Below are positions 26,501 to 40,640 of a stretch of 64,000 nt of DNA, piece by piece. This DNA comes from Camelus dromedarius (lineage: Eukaryota): positions 84,260,001-84,324,000 of the forward strand of contig NC_087437.1 of the NCBI RefSeq assembly GCF_036321535.1. Reading direction: 5' to 3'. Numbering within the stretch: the stretch's first letter is position 1; each line of letters begins with the position of its first letter. The position numbers and the translations under genes are program-made. A model generated the notes under the pieces. The model saw nothing but the letters and a program-made list of their open reading frames with translations, did not search any database and was not told the origin of the DNA.

Positions 26501-29089
26501 TTAAATGGCCAATCTTAAAATATTTGCATTCAAAGTATCTATAGTAAAATTTTCCAAACACATATATAAAAGTGCTAAACACATTTTAATGAATGATATA
26601 TAACATAAATCACATTATTTATAATTTTCTTTTTTTTAAACATTTCTGCAGATCCTTTAATTATCACCTTCCACGACATTTCATCAAGAGTAGGACAACT
26701 GCCAGGAAGTCATCTTTTATAAATCCAACTTAGTGGTCTGCTTTTGTCCATAATATCTCCATTTTCTTAGTACCCAATTATTTCCTCCTTTGCTGCCACC
26801 ACTTCCACTAGCATTCCAGGAATCATTTATCTGGAACCTCAGTGTCTGGCAAACCTAGACCTAATAATCTTATCCTTTCAGAGCCTGTGTCCTTTCTCAT
26901 AAACTCTTTTCTTACCTAGTTTCTCCTATTTATTTCCAGTGACCCAAATTCGACACTTTCTATACATACTCTAAACTTTTTAGGAAAAAAAGGTATCTTG
27001 AAAACTCTTTACTTCCTAACTCAATGGTTGTCCTAAACCAACTACTGTAGGATTTTGCTGCTGCTATATAGTCTTATGACCACAAGAAGCAACATAGAAA
27101 ATTAAGACAAAGAACAAATGGTGTAACTGGAAATTGTAGACAAAGCTGCAAAGACACAAGATGTTCTTTAAAAGGGGGTATGACAGGGTACAAGGGCACA
27201 TGACTTGTCAGGATGTCAGAACTGGAAGAACGAAGACACAAGTTCCCTTGTTGTCAGTGTTTAAGATGCCCAATGGGTAAAGAAGTGAGGAAAGAGGGTC
27301 CCAATGTATTGTGGAACAGGTGTAAGAACATGAGGAATAGAGTTCCAAGTGAAAAGAAACTGAGAACCAGGAAAGATAAAAGCCTTGGCTTAAGTCGAAC
27401 TTACCAAAGATGGCTGACATTTGACACACTTCACTTACAGGGTTGGTCTCAGAACAACGTAGAAATCTGAGACTGCAGGATCTGCAGAAATAAAAGTAAA
27501 AACAAAAAGAGAGGGAGAGGGAGAGGGGGAGAGAAAGTAGGGGAATGGAAGTTATCTTGCCTGCCACCGTTCTCTCCCCCTCTCTCTCTCTCTCTGGTAG
27601 CTATGCTTACCAATTTCTTGGTAAACTAATCTGACTAATTCATTATTTTTTTAAACAGTAAAAACAATAACATTTTTGGTATTTCACTGGGTCTCTCTGT
27701 GATTTCTCAATATGATCTATACTCAGCAGACCTTTCATATTCAGACTTTATAAAATGTAATTCTGAGTTTTGAACTACTAATCTCTCTACATATTCATAT
27801 GTACATTAGATATGTACTTAGAAAGTTATTCTAATTTAAAAATCTTAAAAGTATGAGATTCTATGATTTGTAGGTAATCTATGATAAAATTCATTACTCC
27901 TGTACCCTAAAAATTTCCTGTATTTAAAAGATCCATATGCAATAAATTAAAATCAATTTCTCTTTTCTGGTATTTGTATAGATTATCACTCTTAGTGAAT
28001 CCTATAATAGTAAGAAAAACCTGATGAGCATAATTAATAGTCTTCTTTCTTGCATGCTATAAGTTTTTTATAGAAGCTACAAGTTTTTCTACAAGTGATG
28101 AAACATATAAGACATTTCAGTTGAGTATATTTATCATTCTAGAATCCAGTGCCATAGAATTGTGAAATACATAGTTTGGTTTAGATGACATTATAAGTTT
28201 TTTTAATTTTAGTTTTGTAATTATTTTCTTTGCAGAAAGATATAATAATATTCCATATGATTTTTTTTGTCTGAAATTTCACACTTGATTCTATGAATTC
28301 AGGATGCTGCGTGACTAAGCCAAGTGCCATGGATTGAGTAACTGCATGCTCAGAAATTCTGAATGTCAAAAGTTATAATTAAAAAAAAAGTCAAACCCAG
28401 GAGGAATATTCTATATCACAAGTAAAATAAGTTTCGAAGGATTTTAAAACAAAATATTCCTATAAAATTATTCACAGACCAGGAAAGATCTTAAGACCTT
28501 GAGGTTCTTAATAGACCCAAGTCACCATGAAACATCCATGATTTAATGAAATTCTATTTGTTGCACCATAAATATTAATGTACTGTGAATTCTAAAGCCA
28601 TTTTTCTTTGTTCTCTAAGAAATGTTAGATAACTAGGCAATTAACATCTTCAAGCACATGTCACATGTACTTTTTGCATTCTCTAGGCAAGATTCTCATA
28701 AATGGTAATACTAGGAAAGAATATGATTGATTTTATGGTTTACGGTATGTGTTTGTTTTTCAATATACAGTGCTATTCAGCATGAAAAAGAATACTAGTT
28801 TTAATGCTCTTTTGTCAGTGTTATTATCTGTTTACAGAGTTAATTTGACAAGTAAAATATTTTCGTTTTCATTTCTATGAGAGTTAATTTTATTTGGCAG
28901 GAGTTCCATGCATATCATCATTCTGTACCTCAAATTTAGAAGCACTGCCACTGCTGGAGTTCTTACAAAAATCTACAAATTTCTAATGTGCCTTTGAACA
29001 GAGTCTCTCAAAGAGGGCTCCACAGAATATCTGAGTCAAATGAGTTAATTGTTATCAATGCAGGGGGGAAGGGGAACAATACTTCTTTG

Positions 29090-29540
29090 CCCTGAACCCC
29101 TACAATTCTTACCCTTGCTTCCTCTGCACCAGCCATGCTGGCTTCCATATTTTTCCTCATATTTGTCAATCATCTAGTACAAGATAATACCTTTCCCAAG
29201 AACACTCTTCCCTCTGCTACCCACATGGCTCACCATCCTTTTTAAGTTTTTAGAGTTCTGCTCAAATATTACTTCATCAGTGAGATTTCCCCCAACTCCA
29301 GTGCCATTTAACCATCAGTCTGTCACTCTTCTTTCATTCCTTTACTTCTTCTTAGACCTCACCACCACTTAATGTTATAGTAGCATACATGCAATTATAT
29401 TCTTTTTCTCTCTGCTAAAATGCAAGCACCATGTAAAACAGAAGCTTTGTCAGTTTTGTTTACATTTGAGTCCCCAGTGTTTAAAATATATCTGACATAC
29501 ATAGATGTTTTACATATACTTGTTGAATTAATGAATACAA
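29090..29540 (+). mobile_element. L2 3' end
   Basis: cagccatgctggcttcc...ctgctcaaatattacttcatcagtgag...ending atacttgttgaattaatgaa, the L2 terminal repeat. Confidence 0.8.
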
Positions 29541-29544
29541 TTAG

Positions 29545-30135
29545 TATGAGGTAGCAATTTCCTGGAATCCTTTGCTGCCTGACTTGTAGTTAGGTCCTGT
29601 CAATGAAGCACTGATGTGAGATTAGAAGCAGGAGGAGAAAGGGCATTACCCCTCCCCACCCCAGCCGTTTCTACTTCTGGCTCTGGCAGCTGAGGCAGGG
29701 GTAGTTAAGCCAACTAGGCAGCACAGCCTCACTGACTCCTGCTCCAGGCAATGCAGATTCAGCAACTGAGCTGTGGACTCCAGGCACGGCATAGACGAGT
29801 CCAAGAGCTTCAGCTGGCTGTGATTCTACAAGATTCCCTGGCAATAGCAGGTGTGTGACTCCTGGCTTGCTGAAAAATGGAGCGTCAGTGGTTTCAACAG
29901 CAGAATGGCCTTAGCAGTGCTCCAAAAGGAGGCCCTGGATAATCACTTTCTTTTTGCCCCTCCAGCCCAAGGGATAACAGTAGTTCCCTGCAATTACTGA
30001 TCTTTTCCTATATTTACTTCCCCCTTTTACTCCTCTAGTCCTTCTAACACATCTGTAAACAAATTCCTGTTTTAATTCCTTTGTTAGAATTAACTAAGGA
30101 GGTTCTGGTTTTCCTACTAGGCAAGACTGACCAAA
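29545..30135 (+). mobile_element. ERVL-class solo LTR (LTR33-like)
   Basis: tttcctggaatcctttgctgcc...gagattagaagcaggaggag...cttttactcctctagtccttctaacacatctgtaaacaaattcctg...ggttctggttttcctactaggcaagactga resembles LTR33/LTR16 family sequence. Confidence 0.7.
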
Positions 30136-33100
30136 TTGCTTTAAAAACCTTCTCTGACAAATACCTGTTCAGTCTAACAGCAAGTGTGCCCACCCTTCCC
30201 AAAGCAGCAATTTCACACAATGCTAAAGAATACTAAGAGATCTCCACTGCCTGAATGCTCTCAATGGTCTTTTCCCATTGCCTTTCTTGTTGGCGATGTA
30301 ACACCCTGATATATTAAATTAGCAATGAGTTTTGTGACATTGGCATAATCATCCCACTCTGTAGTAAACCACAGTGATGTCTTTAAGTCCTTGTACTTTA
30401 CTTACAAATACAATAGAGAAAATAGTACCTTCCAGGAGAACATTCAACCTGTCTTTTGGTACTACATAGCCTGCAAAATTAAGAGATGCTTAGCAGAACT
30501 GACACATATTAGTGGATATGACTGCATATCCAAATACTTTATAATACCACTACTTTTAAGATTTCTTGGAAATTTATCAGTGGTTGCTTGAAAACTCTTA
30601 AAAATCATAATTATACTTGTAGACTCTCGGCCAGAAAATGAATCTGGTGTCCTCCTTTGTTCTCCTTGGCAATATTACTTTTGTCACACATTCTCCTCTA
30701 CTTTTTTTCCCCTAAGGACCAAGACACCATTCTTATCCATTTGGCAACTCAGGAAGCTGTTGTTGCTCCTTCAATATGAGTTTAAGTTATAAATCATGCA
30801 GTTTTATTTTTATTCTATCTGTTATGACAACCAACATTTTAATAATTTTATTCCTTTTTAGAAGTCCAGGCATTTTTCTTGCTTATTATAAAGGCATAAA
30901 ATGAATGTGAATATCATCTATAATTCTTCTATTTTTTAATAAAAGGATATAAGGTGAAAAAAAAATAAGTTATCTTCTTCCAGAGTCCTCTCAATCCAAT
31001 CCTGAATCCAACAGGTAATTGAATTATCGCAGTATAACCAACTTATGTTTATATTTGTAGCCAATAATTTTGTAGGCATCATTTTAAGGTTAAAAATAAG
31101 GTTGTGTTATACATGCAGTTCTGAAATAGCTGTTTTCATTTAATCATATATAATAGTCATGGCTACCCTCATAAGCCTGTACATATATATCTACTTATTT
31201 TTTTTCCTTTGACAGCCAGTATGTGTGCTATTTCCTCATTGGCATACTCAAATATTTAGACCTGCTGCAAATCCCATAAATATATTTGGTTTAACCTAAG
31301 GTGCCCATGGCAGAGAGCTTCAGAATCTCCTGGCTGATGAATTGATAAAAACTGCCTTGTCTCACTGACAGTATCATTCTCCACGAGATTTTTTGCCTTT
31401 CCTAATGTGCTGCCTCTAGGCATCAAATGTCACTATTATGCAACAGAAATGATATTACTTCTTTTCTACTCTCAGCCAAATGTATAGTTAGAATCAACAC
31501 TGATCACCACTTGCTATTTAGCCAGGCAGTCTAGTTTATCTTCAGTCTGTGGCCAGTTACATTAATTCATTTTTAGTCAAAGATTCAGAATGTGAAACCC
31601 ATGGATATTCCAGTTTTTTCATTTTGTTCACAGAAACGCTGTAGGTTTTGCATAATAGCTACAGGACTCCATAATGATACCATTAATCACTTGTTGTTTC
31701 AAATGTTTCCTTATGTCCTCCCTCTCACAACAAGTAATTCTTTGAAATCAGTCTTTGAAGGGCCATGACTGACAGAGATGAATGGGATGCTTAATTGCAT
31801 TGGCACATGCCAGAGCCTATTCCTGTGGCAAAACCACTGTGTAAATCTTCTTATTTAGTTACATTCTGCAGACAATAAAAAATTTTCAAAACCAAACTTC
31901 TCTTTCCATGCTTGCTAGCATAGGCTTACTCTCTGTTCCTCAAAAGCCCCCTCTCTTTCCTTCCCCATTTCCTATATTCTTATGTTCATTGTATTCACTA
32001 TCTTCTTCTTTCTCTCTTTTTATTTCCTTTGCTTTTTCTTAAAACTGAACATTAAAACACATATCCCTGAAACATTTATCTTTCCACATATCATCTATCA
32101 TAAATGAGACTCAACAGGTGAATTTACATAACTGAATTTGCAATTATTTAAAATGAGGATCCTAAAAAGAAAATTCTGATCCTTCTCCCACAAAAAGGAG
32201 TCATCAAGATTAATAGAGCTTAAAAAAATTTAAGTCTCCTTTCAGAATATTTTCAATAATATTCTAATGATATTCAATATGATTTAATTTCATTTGCAAA
32301 ATCTAAGCATCTGGGATAAAAAGGACATGTGTACAAGTATAATATTTAATTTATTACACGTGAAATTTTAAAGTAAATAGTAGCTTTTACATTTTCTTCC
32401 AAATTACGTAAGTACTTTCTCTCCTTCTTGGGATTCTGCAGATAACACCAACTTGCACAGTCATCTCACTGAATTAGTATCTTCCTCCTCTGTAGTTTAA
32501 CGACTATGAAACATCAACCATGACTGAAATAAGCTATATCTGATCAATACTTTTTTCTGTGTTGAGGCATGGGAGAGACACAATTATTCCAATTACCAAC
32601 AAAAAGATCTGTAAATTAATAAATAGTTAGCAGTATTGAATGCCTTGTTTATACGCATTGTCCCAGAGTAATTATTAATTAATGCCCATTTCATTTTCAA
32701 AGGGAACCATCTTGGATAATAATCTACTTTAATTGCCATTGATTCACACTAGACAAGAGACCAAATCCTGACAGTAAGAAACACCCATAAGACCACTAAG
32801 AGTCAATAGAAAATGATTATGTTTCCATCATTTCAGAAACTTTTCAAGATCTTTATAAGGGCTGTTGGAGGCCACACTTAAACTGTGAATTAAGATTATA
32901 TCATAAAATTAGAGAAAATACACAAATTTCCCAAATCCCATTGTTTCCATTATTCTCTGTGTTGTATTTAATATCATTTTTTCAGATTTTACCAAAGACA
33001 GCATCCTCCAGGACAACAGGACTATAGCTTATAATGAAATACTAAAAGACCTAAGAAACAGTAATTATTTTACCAGCGAATAATTATCAAATATTTTTCA

Positions 33101-33227
33101 CTAATGTGTATGTGGTTAACTCCCCTTAGCTTTCCAACTACTCCTTGATGAGTGTACTTGATGAGGTACTCAAACATCAGATGTTAACCCTGAAGAAAGA
33201 AACAGACACTGAACAACAGTATTGACC

Positions 33228-33656
33228 TGTAGTGGGTTGAAAAGTGCCCACACACTCCATGTTCATCTAGAACCTGTAAATGTGAAACCTCATCTGAAAC
33301 AAATGTAATCAAATTGAGGTAATGTCATAATGAATTAGGGTAGAGCCTAAATTCAATACCTGGTGTCCTTTTAAGAAGATACAGACATATACAGAGGGAG
33401 GACAGCCATGTGAAGATGGAGGCATAAAGTGGGGTGATGCAGCCACAAGCCAAGGGATGCCAAGGATTGCTGGCAAACACCAGAAGCTTAGAAGATGCAA
33501 GGAAGGACTCTTTCCTAGAGCCTTCAGAGGGAGCTTGACACTGCAACTGCTTTGACTTAACACTTCCGACTTCCAGGACTGTGAGAGAATAAATTGCTAT
33601 TCTTTGAAGCCACCAGTTTGTGAAAATTTATCACAGCACCCCTAGCAACTAGTATA
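33228..33656 (+). mobile_element. MaLR solo LTR (MLT1B/C-like)
   Basis: Starts tgtagtgggttgaa. Contains gccatgtgaagatggaggca, gcagccacaagccaagggatgccaagg, cctagagccttcagaggga and ccaggactgtgagagaataaatt (polyA signal). Ends ctagcaactagtata. Confidence 0.9.
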
Positions 33657-35081
33657 TTATATAATGTACAATATTATATGTAATTCTTGATTACGTTGTA
33701 CTTTTAACTAGTCATAACTGGTTACTTAAATTATCTACACATTACATTTTTTACATGTATAAATAATCATTGGTCATTTAAATTCTTTAAGTAATTTACA
33801 AATGAGAAAACACTGTGAATAGAAGAGTCCGTTGAAACTTTGAATGATTACTCTGACTCCCCTGTGGTAGTGAAAATGAGAAGGCAGGAAGGTACTGCTG
33901 AGGCTGTCAAACTATCCATCGCTATTGTTCATGCTATGACAGATTTCTTCCATCAGCTATGTGTATCCCATTTCAGTAAAATTCTATATCTTACCCTTAG
34001 CATGGCTCCCAATAACAATATTTAAGTCACATTACAAATATTAAATAATTATACAGGCAGAGTTCATTGTTTTAATATTAAAAAGTTTGGATAACGATCA
34101 TAAAACAGTAACATACCTAAAAGCTTCACTTTGTTTCTGGGCATTGTCTTAGTTAAGGATTAAATTTCAATTATGTAGCATTAGTTTCAGGAGATGTTTT
34201 TTTTTCTTTAGCAATATTTACTCCAAAACAGGTAACTGTAACAGTATTTCTTAAAACTGAAGTAATGTAAAACATTACAAAATCAATAGTTTTCCTTTCC
34301 ACTTATTTTTAGGCTTTGAAGTCTTAAGATTTTGGAATTTAAATATTATGTATTGAGGTATAAAACATTTTGTCTTGAGAATTGTCTGGCACTAAGTGCA
34401 GCAATGGCTAGTTCACCAATGTAAACTAGTTCATTCCTTCATACTATACTTTCCAGGGGCAAATGGAGAAACTACCAAATCACATACAATGAGAAGACAA
34501 AATTTGCTGTGAAGATTTCTGTAACATCACTCGCATTGTCAGACACTCACAAGATATTTATGAATTCTGGGATCCATTTGGAAAAATTCTTTCATAAAGG
34601 AAGTCACTGAACTACACTTTAATTTTAGTTAGCATGCTTCCCTTTATTTTGCTGCTCTCTCTACACATGCAGCTACATTAGAATTTCTGATTATATTTGT
34701 TAACATCTGCTCAGGAACAAATGACACATTTAGTTTTATGGAGAAGGAATAGTCTGCAGACGAGCCTATTTTGACGACTGCTTTTCTAAATGGAGAGTGA
34801 GCCTCTGAACAGAAAAGTCAATCCAAAAGAGAACAGAAAAGTATCTTTTGACTGAGTAACATCCTCTCAGATTCCCAGGTGTAAATCCGAAAAACCAGAG
34901 GAAAAGGGTAGCTTGCCCTCTATCTTTAACCAGGGTGGTTTGGTGCTAGCACCTATCAAGATCTGCTTCACAGCAGATTAGATAATGGGTAACCCGCTGC
35001 CATAAGAAGAAATTTGGTCTGCTATTACACACATAGCAAAATCACTACTCAGGACTGAGAAACGTAATACACAGAGAGGGC

Positions 35082-35084
<3 letters not shown>

Positions 35085-35144
<60 letters not shown>
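35085..35144 (+). repeat. (TG)30 microsatellite
   Basis: Uninterrupted TG run read directly from the sequence. Confidence 0.98.
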
Positions 35145-35147
<3 letters not shown>

Positions 35148-35749
35148 TTGCCTGAAGCTTAGTACAAAATACATAAAATAGTTAACTGGCATTGGGTAGT
35201 AATCAGTGTTTGTAAAAAACTTTGGTATCAATGTATTGCTATTTGTAGAGACCTTATTAACAGGGAATAACAATAAAACGTACTTCTAAAAATCACACTA
35301 GTTTTTAAATTACAATAAAACTGCAACAACGAGTTGTACATGACTCTTTTGAAGTATTATCAATGATATTTGGGGAAATAGCTATTTTAATTTTGTGGTA
35401 GTTTTTAAATTACTAATAGGATAAAGGACAGAAATGCCGTTCACGTTTTTTAAAAAATATAATCTTGAATGCCTTTTTCCAAAGTCTGGTTCTAAAATTT
35501 TAAATAGATGACTTGTGCTTAAAAACTATTCAATCTTAATAGGTAAATGAAACATTTATAAAAACTAACAAGTGTATAAAAGGTCCTTTATCCCAACAGG
35601 TAAGTGTTTGGATAGTGTCTTAATTTTTGTTATGCTGAATTTCAAGTCAAGGTGATGTTACAATTCCTTGCTTTAGTAACATTTTACTGTTAAACAAAAT
35701 GGAAAATTAGAAAATAAAAATTAAAAATTACATAGCCAGGATAAAAACA

Positions 35750-36600
35750 AGAACTCTTGGGAAAAAAACCGATCACAAATGCAAAGCAGTGAGGAGACCT
35801 GAAGCCATTGACCCGCTGAGACCTTTGTCTGAAAGCAAGTATTGGTGCTTAGTAGTTTTAACTCTTCAGGCAGGGCAAAGGACAAAAATCTTTCACGTGA
35901 GACTGAACACAAGGGCCAGGCTTACCACATGGAGCATGACTTTTTCTCCATCTCACTGCCTACGTCAGCACATGAAAGGAAGCTTAAAACAAACAAATAT
36001 GGCTGCTGAGCAATTTGTAGGCCTAGTTTAGTAACAAAGAATTGCTCCAAGCTGAAGAAATGAAATGTTATGGAAATGAGCCAATGAAACCAATAATAAC
36101 ACAAAGTACACATGAATGAAAATAATTTCACAATACAATCTGAAAAGATTCATAAATATATTTAAGATGTCAAATATATAAATGCTGGAATAACTTCCAC
36201 TATAAAAAAGAGTAAAAATAAAGGTGGGGGAGGCAAAAGCAGAGTGAAATGAAGTAAAAGGAGAGAACAGCAAAAAAGAAACAATCAGAAATATGCAGAA
36301 ACTCACACATATGTATTAACTGGTATGAAATCAGGAGACAGGCCAAACACTAGAATGGACAATAATGATTAATATGTTGGAATATACATTGAAATTTAAT
36401 AGTAATAACTTACACTGATTAACCTACAAGGAGAGAAAATGATTTTAAATTATGGAAGAACTACTAAGAAATACAGGGAACCAGCTGAAAAGTTCCAATA
36501 TTTATCTTATGACAAAAGAAAATGGAATACATGAGAAGATAATAGTTGTGAATTTTCTTGAAGAGAAGAATAAAACTAAAAAAACCTCATGAATCCTCAA
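35750..36600 (+). mobile_element. Very old L1-like ORF1-region fragment
   Basis: A-rich sequence with degenerate L1M ORF1-like motifs (gaaattcaatagt-like, aagttccaatatttatcttat...gaattttcttgaa...atgaatcctcaaattaaaag). Confidence 0.45.
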
Positions 36601-36771
36601 ATTAAAAGTGAATTCTGTGAACGAAAGGATGTTACAGAGACAGTAATGCTCGCCAGTTATTTCTTGAGCTTTCCTACACATCTGACTCCCAATGAAATTA
36701 GCCAAGGTCATGTGGTGAGTTCTGGTGAATGCACTGTAAGAATGGATTTGGGCCAAAGCCCAGAGGGGAGT

Positions 36772-36775
<4 letters not shown>

Positions 36776-36826
<51 letters not shown>
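36776..36826 (+). repeat. (GA)n microsatellite (~25 units), adjoining an MLT1-like LTR fragment (~36640-36770)
   Basis: Uninterrupted GA run. The upstream aattagccaaggtcatgtggtgagttctgg resembles old MLT1 LTRs. Confidence 0.95.
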
Positions 36827-36830
<4 letters not shown>

Positions 36831-37169
36831 TATTCCTCTTTCTGTGATGTGCCATCTATATGAAATCACTGGCAATAGCTACTCAAAGGAGAAAATGACC
36901 TAAGCCTACTAAGTGTTTTTAAGAAAACATTTTCAAATAAATGATATACCTGCAGTGAGCAATTCTTTTCAGCTCTTAATGCAATCTCTAGGCCTCCAAA
37001 TCTGCACCAGTAGACCATGAAACCTGTTCACCTCACAAGAATAATTCCCCTCCTAAGACTCATCTCAGTTGTGGTTATGGATGAGAAAAACTTTCTCAAG
37101 GGCAGAACCAGGGGTCACAGAACAAAACAAACAAAGGAGTTTCTTCCAGGGAGCAGAATCAACTATATG

Positions 37170-39270
37170 ACTAAGTGTACAGATCAATGAATTTTTCACA
37201 AAGTGAATAGACCCATGTGGCCATCGGTCAACTCAAAAATAGAACAGTTTTGAGCATCTTAAAAGCCCTTCTTCTGCCTTTTCCCCACTCACTACTATCC
37301 TGACTTCTGACATTACGGATTAACTTTGCCTGTTTTGAATCCTGCACGCGTTGAATCACATGGCATGTACTCCTTGATTTCTACTTTCTTTTGTTCAACA
37401 TTGTATTTGTGAGATTCAGCCATACTGCTGCATGAAGACATAGTTTGCTCACTGTCATTGCTTTGTAGTATTGTATTTTGTGACTAGACCACTATTTATC
37501 TATTTTCCTCTTGATTGACATTCATGTTCGTCCATGTCTTTGGGTGAACATGTTACACAATTCCACTGCACTCACATCTAGAGGCAGAATTGTTGGGTTG
37601 TAGGAAATGCACGTGCTAATAACATTTAGTAAACACCGCTGAACAATTCTCCAAAGAAGTTATACCAATCTGTACAATCACTAGTAGTGTATGAGAGCTC
37701 CACTTGCTCCAAATCCTTTCCAAATCCTGATATATCTTTTATTCATTTTAGCCATCCTGTTAGGTGTACATTAAAAACTCATTCTGTTTTTATTCTTACT
37801 CCATTTCTATTATAACAATGAACATTTTTAAAAATTCAAGCATTTTATGAGTATCTATATCCATCACTTAGATACTATAATTAACATTCAACTATACTTT
37901 TTTGAAAATTGCCTATCAATCCTTCTATCCATCTCAAATTTAATTTTTTAATACACTTCAAAGAAACTGAGCTCTTTTTCATATGTGTATTGAGTATTTG
38001 GCCATCTTCTTTCTCTAATGCCCTTTCAATTCTTTTGTCCATTTTTCTACTGTATCATCTGTGTTCTTCTCATTGGTTTTTGGGAGGTGTTTTTTAATAT
38101 ATGCTGGATATATTTCAGTTAGATGACTGTATTGCAAATATCTTCTTCTAATCTGTGAGTTGCCTTTCCCCATCCTTAATGGTTTCTTCCAACAGACAAA
38201 AGTTCTTAATATTAATACTGATCAATTTACATGTTTGTTTGTTTATCATATTTTGGGTCATGTTTAATAAATATTTGCCTACTCAAAGCTCATGAAGATT
38301 TTCTTTTCAAAGCTTTACAATTTTATCTTTCACATCAAGAGCTCCAAGAATGTAAAATGATTCATCCCCTGTAGAAAACAGTTTGATAGTCATAGCATTA
38401 CCATATGAACCAGAAATTCCACAACTAAGTATATAGCCCAAATAATTAAAAACAGGTACTAAAACAAATACAGCTATAAACATAGTAGCACTATTAATGA
38501 TAACTAAATGGTGGAAGCAGCCCAAGTGTCCACCAATGGATGAATGCATAAACAAAATGTGGCATATACATACAATGGAATATAATTCAGCCATAAAAAG
38601 GAATGAAGTATTAGTACATGTTTTGTGGGTGAAACCCATGAATAAAACTCAGAAAATTATGCTAAGTGAAAGAAGCCAGATATAAAAGGTATGATTCCAT
38701 GTATATAAAATATCCAGAATATGTAAATTCACAGAAACAGAAAGATTGTTCCCTGCCAGGGAATGGGGGAAAGAGAATAGGGAGGAACTGCTTAACAGGT
38801 ACAGGCTTTCTTTTGGGGCAATGAAAATGTTTTGGAACTAGACAGAAGTGCTGGTTCCAGAATGCTGTGAATATCCTAAATGTCACTGAATCATTCACTT
38901 TAAAATGGTTAATTTTATGCTTTGTCAATGTTACCTGAAGTTTTTAAAAGGGGAAAAAAAAACTAAGAAAACTAGATGAGGTATTTATCTGGATTTAATT
39001 CATTAAACCTGTAAGGTACTTGGGGAGAATTCACTACAATCTAATAGTGATTTGTCCAATCCATGATATATACTTTCCATTTCTGTAATTCTTTCTCTAA
39101 AGACTATCTGCAGTTTCCAATGCAAAGTGTTTTTGCTTATTTCTAAGTGCTTGTGATTTCTGATATGAAAAGTGATACTTCTAATTTTTTTAGTTTTTTG
39201 TTTGTTGCTAGTATACAGATATAAAATTGATTTCTGTTTATTGACCTTGTATCAAGTATTAAGTTCACTG
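37170..39270 (-). mobile_element. Old L1 (L1ME-like) 3' region, interrupted by an opposite-strand L1MB-like insertion
   Basis: Reverse L1 motifs: ttgttcaacattgtatttgtgagattcagcc, ttctccaaagaagttatacc, ttgcaaatatcttcttc. The element resumes after 38960 (ggggagaatt...aatccatga; ttgctagtatacagatataaaattgattt...tattgaccttgtatc). Confidence 0.8.
38350..38945 (+). mobile_element. L1MB-like 3' end
   Basis: ORF 38497-38685 (KWWKQPKCPPMDECINKMWHIHTMEYNSAIKRNE) is L1 ORF2 C-terminus. It is followed by an L1MB-type 3'UTR (tttcttttggggcaatgaaaatgttttggaactaga...cactttaaaatggttaattttatg). Confidence 0.88.
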
Positions 39271-40229
39271 ATTTTTGTCCTCATTTCTTCTACAAAGGCA
39301 AAATGCTGTAAATGGATCTTTAATCAAGTAATTGATTAAAACTGAAATGTAAACAGTATACTTCAAGTGCAATATTCATAGTTTTCATCTGAGAAAAGTA
39401 TTATCTGCTTTTCTGAATATCAGTTAAATGGTAAAAACATAGTCCTACAAGACCTTAAAACCAAGAATAGAAAATATATAAGAATTAAATTAAGGACAAT
39501 ACTAATAACACATTAGGTGCGCTGTGAGTGAAAATTTATGAAGTATGTTTTTCTACAAAGATACTAGCACTTACTCAAAAATAATGAATCAGTTTATTCA
39601 GTTTTTCACTTAATAAACTAATATTTATTGACTGTAATCTGTGGTAGAATTGATGTTAGATACTGAGAATAAACTAGTAATAAGGTAGACAACATCTGTG
39701 AATGTTTTCGTCATATGTTTTTCACCATTCAAATTTTACTCCTACTCTGGTAAAAAATTGTAACTCGGTGCTTAGAGATTTTAAACCTTAAAAAGCTACT
39801 GGAAACCATCATATAAAACTGTTTTGGAGAGGGGAAACCACGCTGGAATGATACACACTTTTATACGTCTAGAGAGACAAATTAAAACCAGGACATACGT
39901 GATAACATTTAATGGCATTAGCTGATGTCAGCTTCTGCTGACACATAACTGCTCTGAAACTAGCCCGTCAAGACTCTGTCCCTGTGTTGAGGCTTTCTAA
40001 CTATTCTGCCTATATTCAACAAGGATAATCTCAAAATGCAAGTCTGCATACTACCCTCTAATAAATTTAGACTGAGATTGGGATAATAACATACTTTACC
40101 ATGGTCTGCAAGGCTTTGCTTGTTAATGTGCTGACTTCCTTTCACTTTCTGTCTCTTCTTGCTTGACCTACCTCTTGTCCTTATCTTTTTGTTTGACACC
40201 TCTTTCTATCTCCCTCAGTCTCCCTCTCT

Positions 40230-40640
40230 TTCTCTCTCTCTCTGATCTCCAATCATAGGGCCCTCCATTCATTTCATCTCATGCATCTTGCAAATTCTGT
40301 TCCCACTTCCTAAGAAGTGATTTCTTTCCTTCTTTGCTGCTCCAAGCACATACTTATTATCTCCCCTGTATACTGACTTAGAGAATTCCTTTTTTAAAAT
40401 TTTCCTGACCAGATTAAATCCCTTTAAACTCCAGTAGCATCTCTCCTTCATAAAACTTATGCTTACCACATTTGCAATTTTACATTTACTGTATTATAAG
40501 ATTATTTAATTGTTGTCTATCTGCCACCACTGGTTTTAAGGACAAGGACCACATCTTTGCCAATTATTTCAGTCTTAACAGCCAAGAACATAGGCTTTTA
40601 ATGAATAGTTGCTGGATGGATGGATAAATAGATGAAAAGA
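40230..40640 (+). mobile_element. L2 3' fragment
   Basis: aaggacaaggaccacatctttg...taatgaatagttgctggatggatggataaatagatgaa resembles the L2 terminus. Confidence 0.55.

Noticed and set aside
30240..31900. Possible decayed ERV/MaLR internal sequence
   Set aside because: The composition is suggestive, but I could not recover a convincing gag/pol motif. It needs RepeatMasker.
35049..36855. ORFs with HTHTHT and SLSLSL runs
   Set aside because: They are translations of the (TG)n and (GA)n microsatellites.
39918..39942. Short inverted repeat tgtcagc-ttct-gctgaca overlapping agctgatgtcagct
   Set aside because: A 7-bp stem is expected by chance in 64 kb and is too short for a miRNA or structured RNA call.
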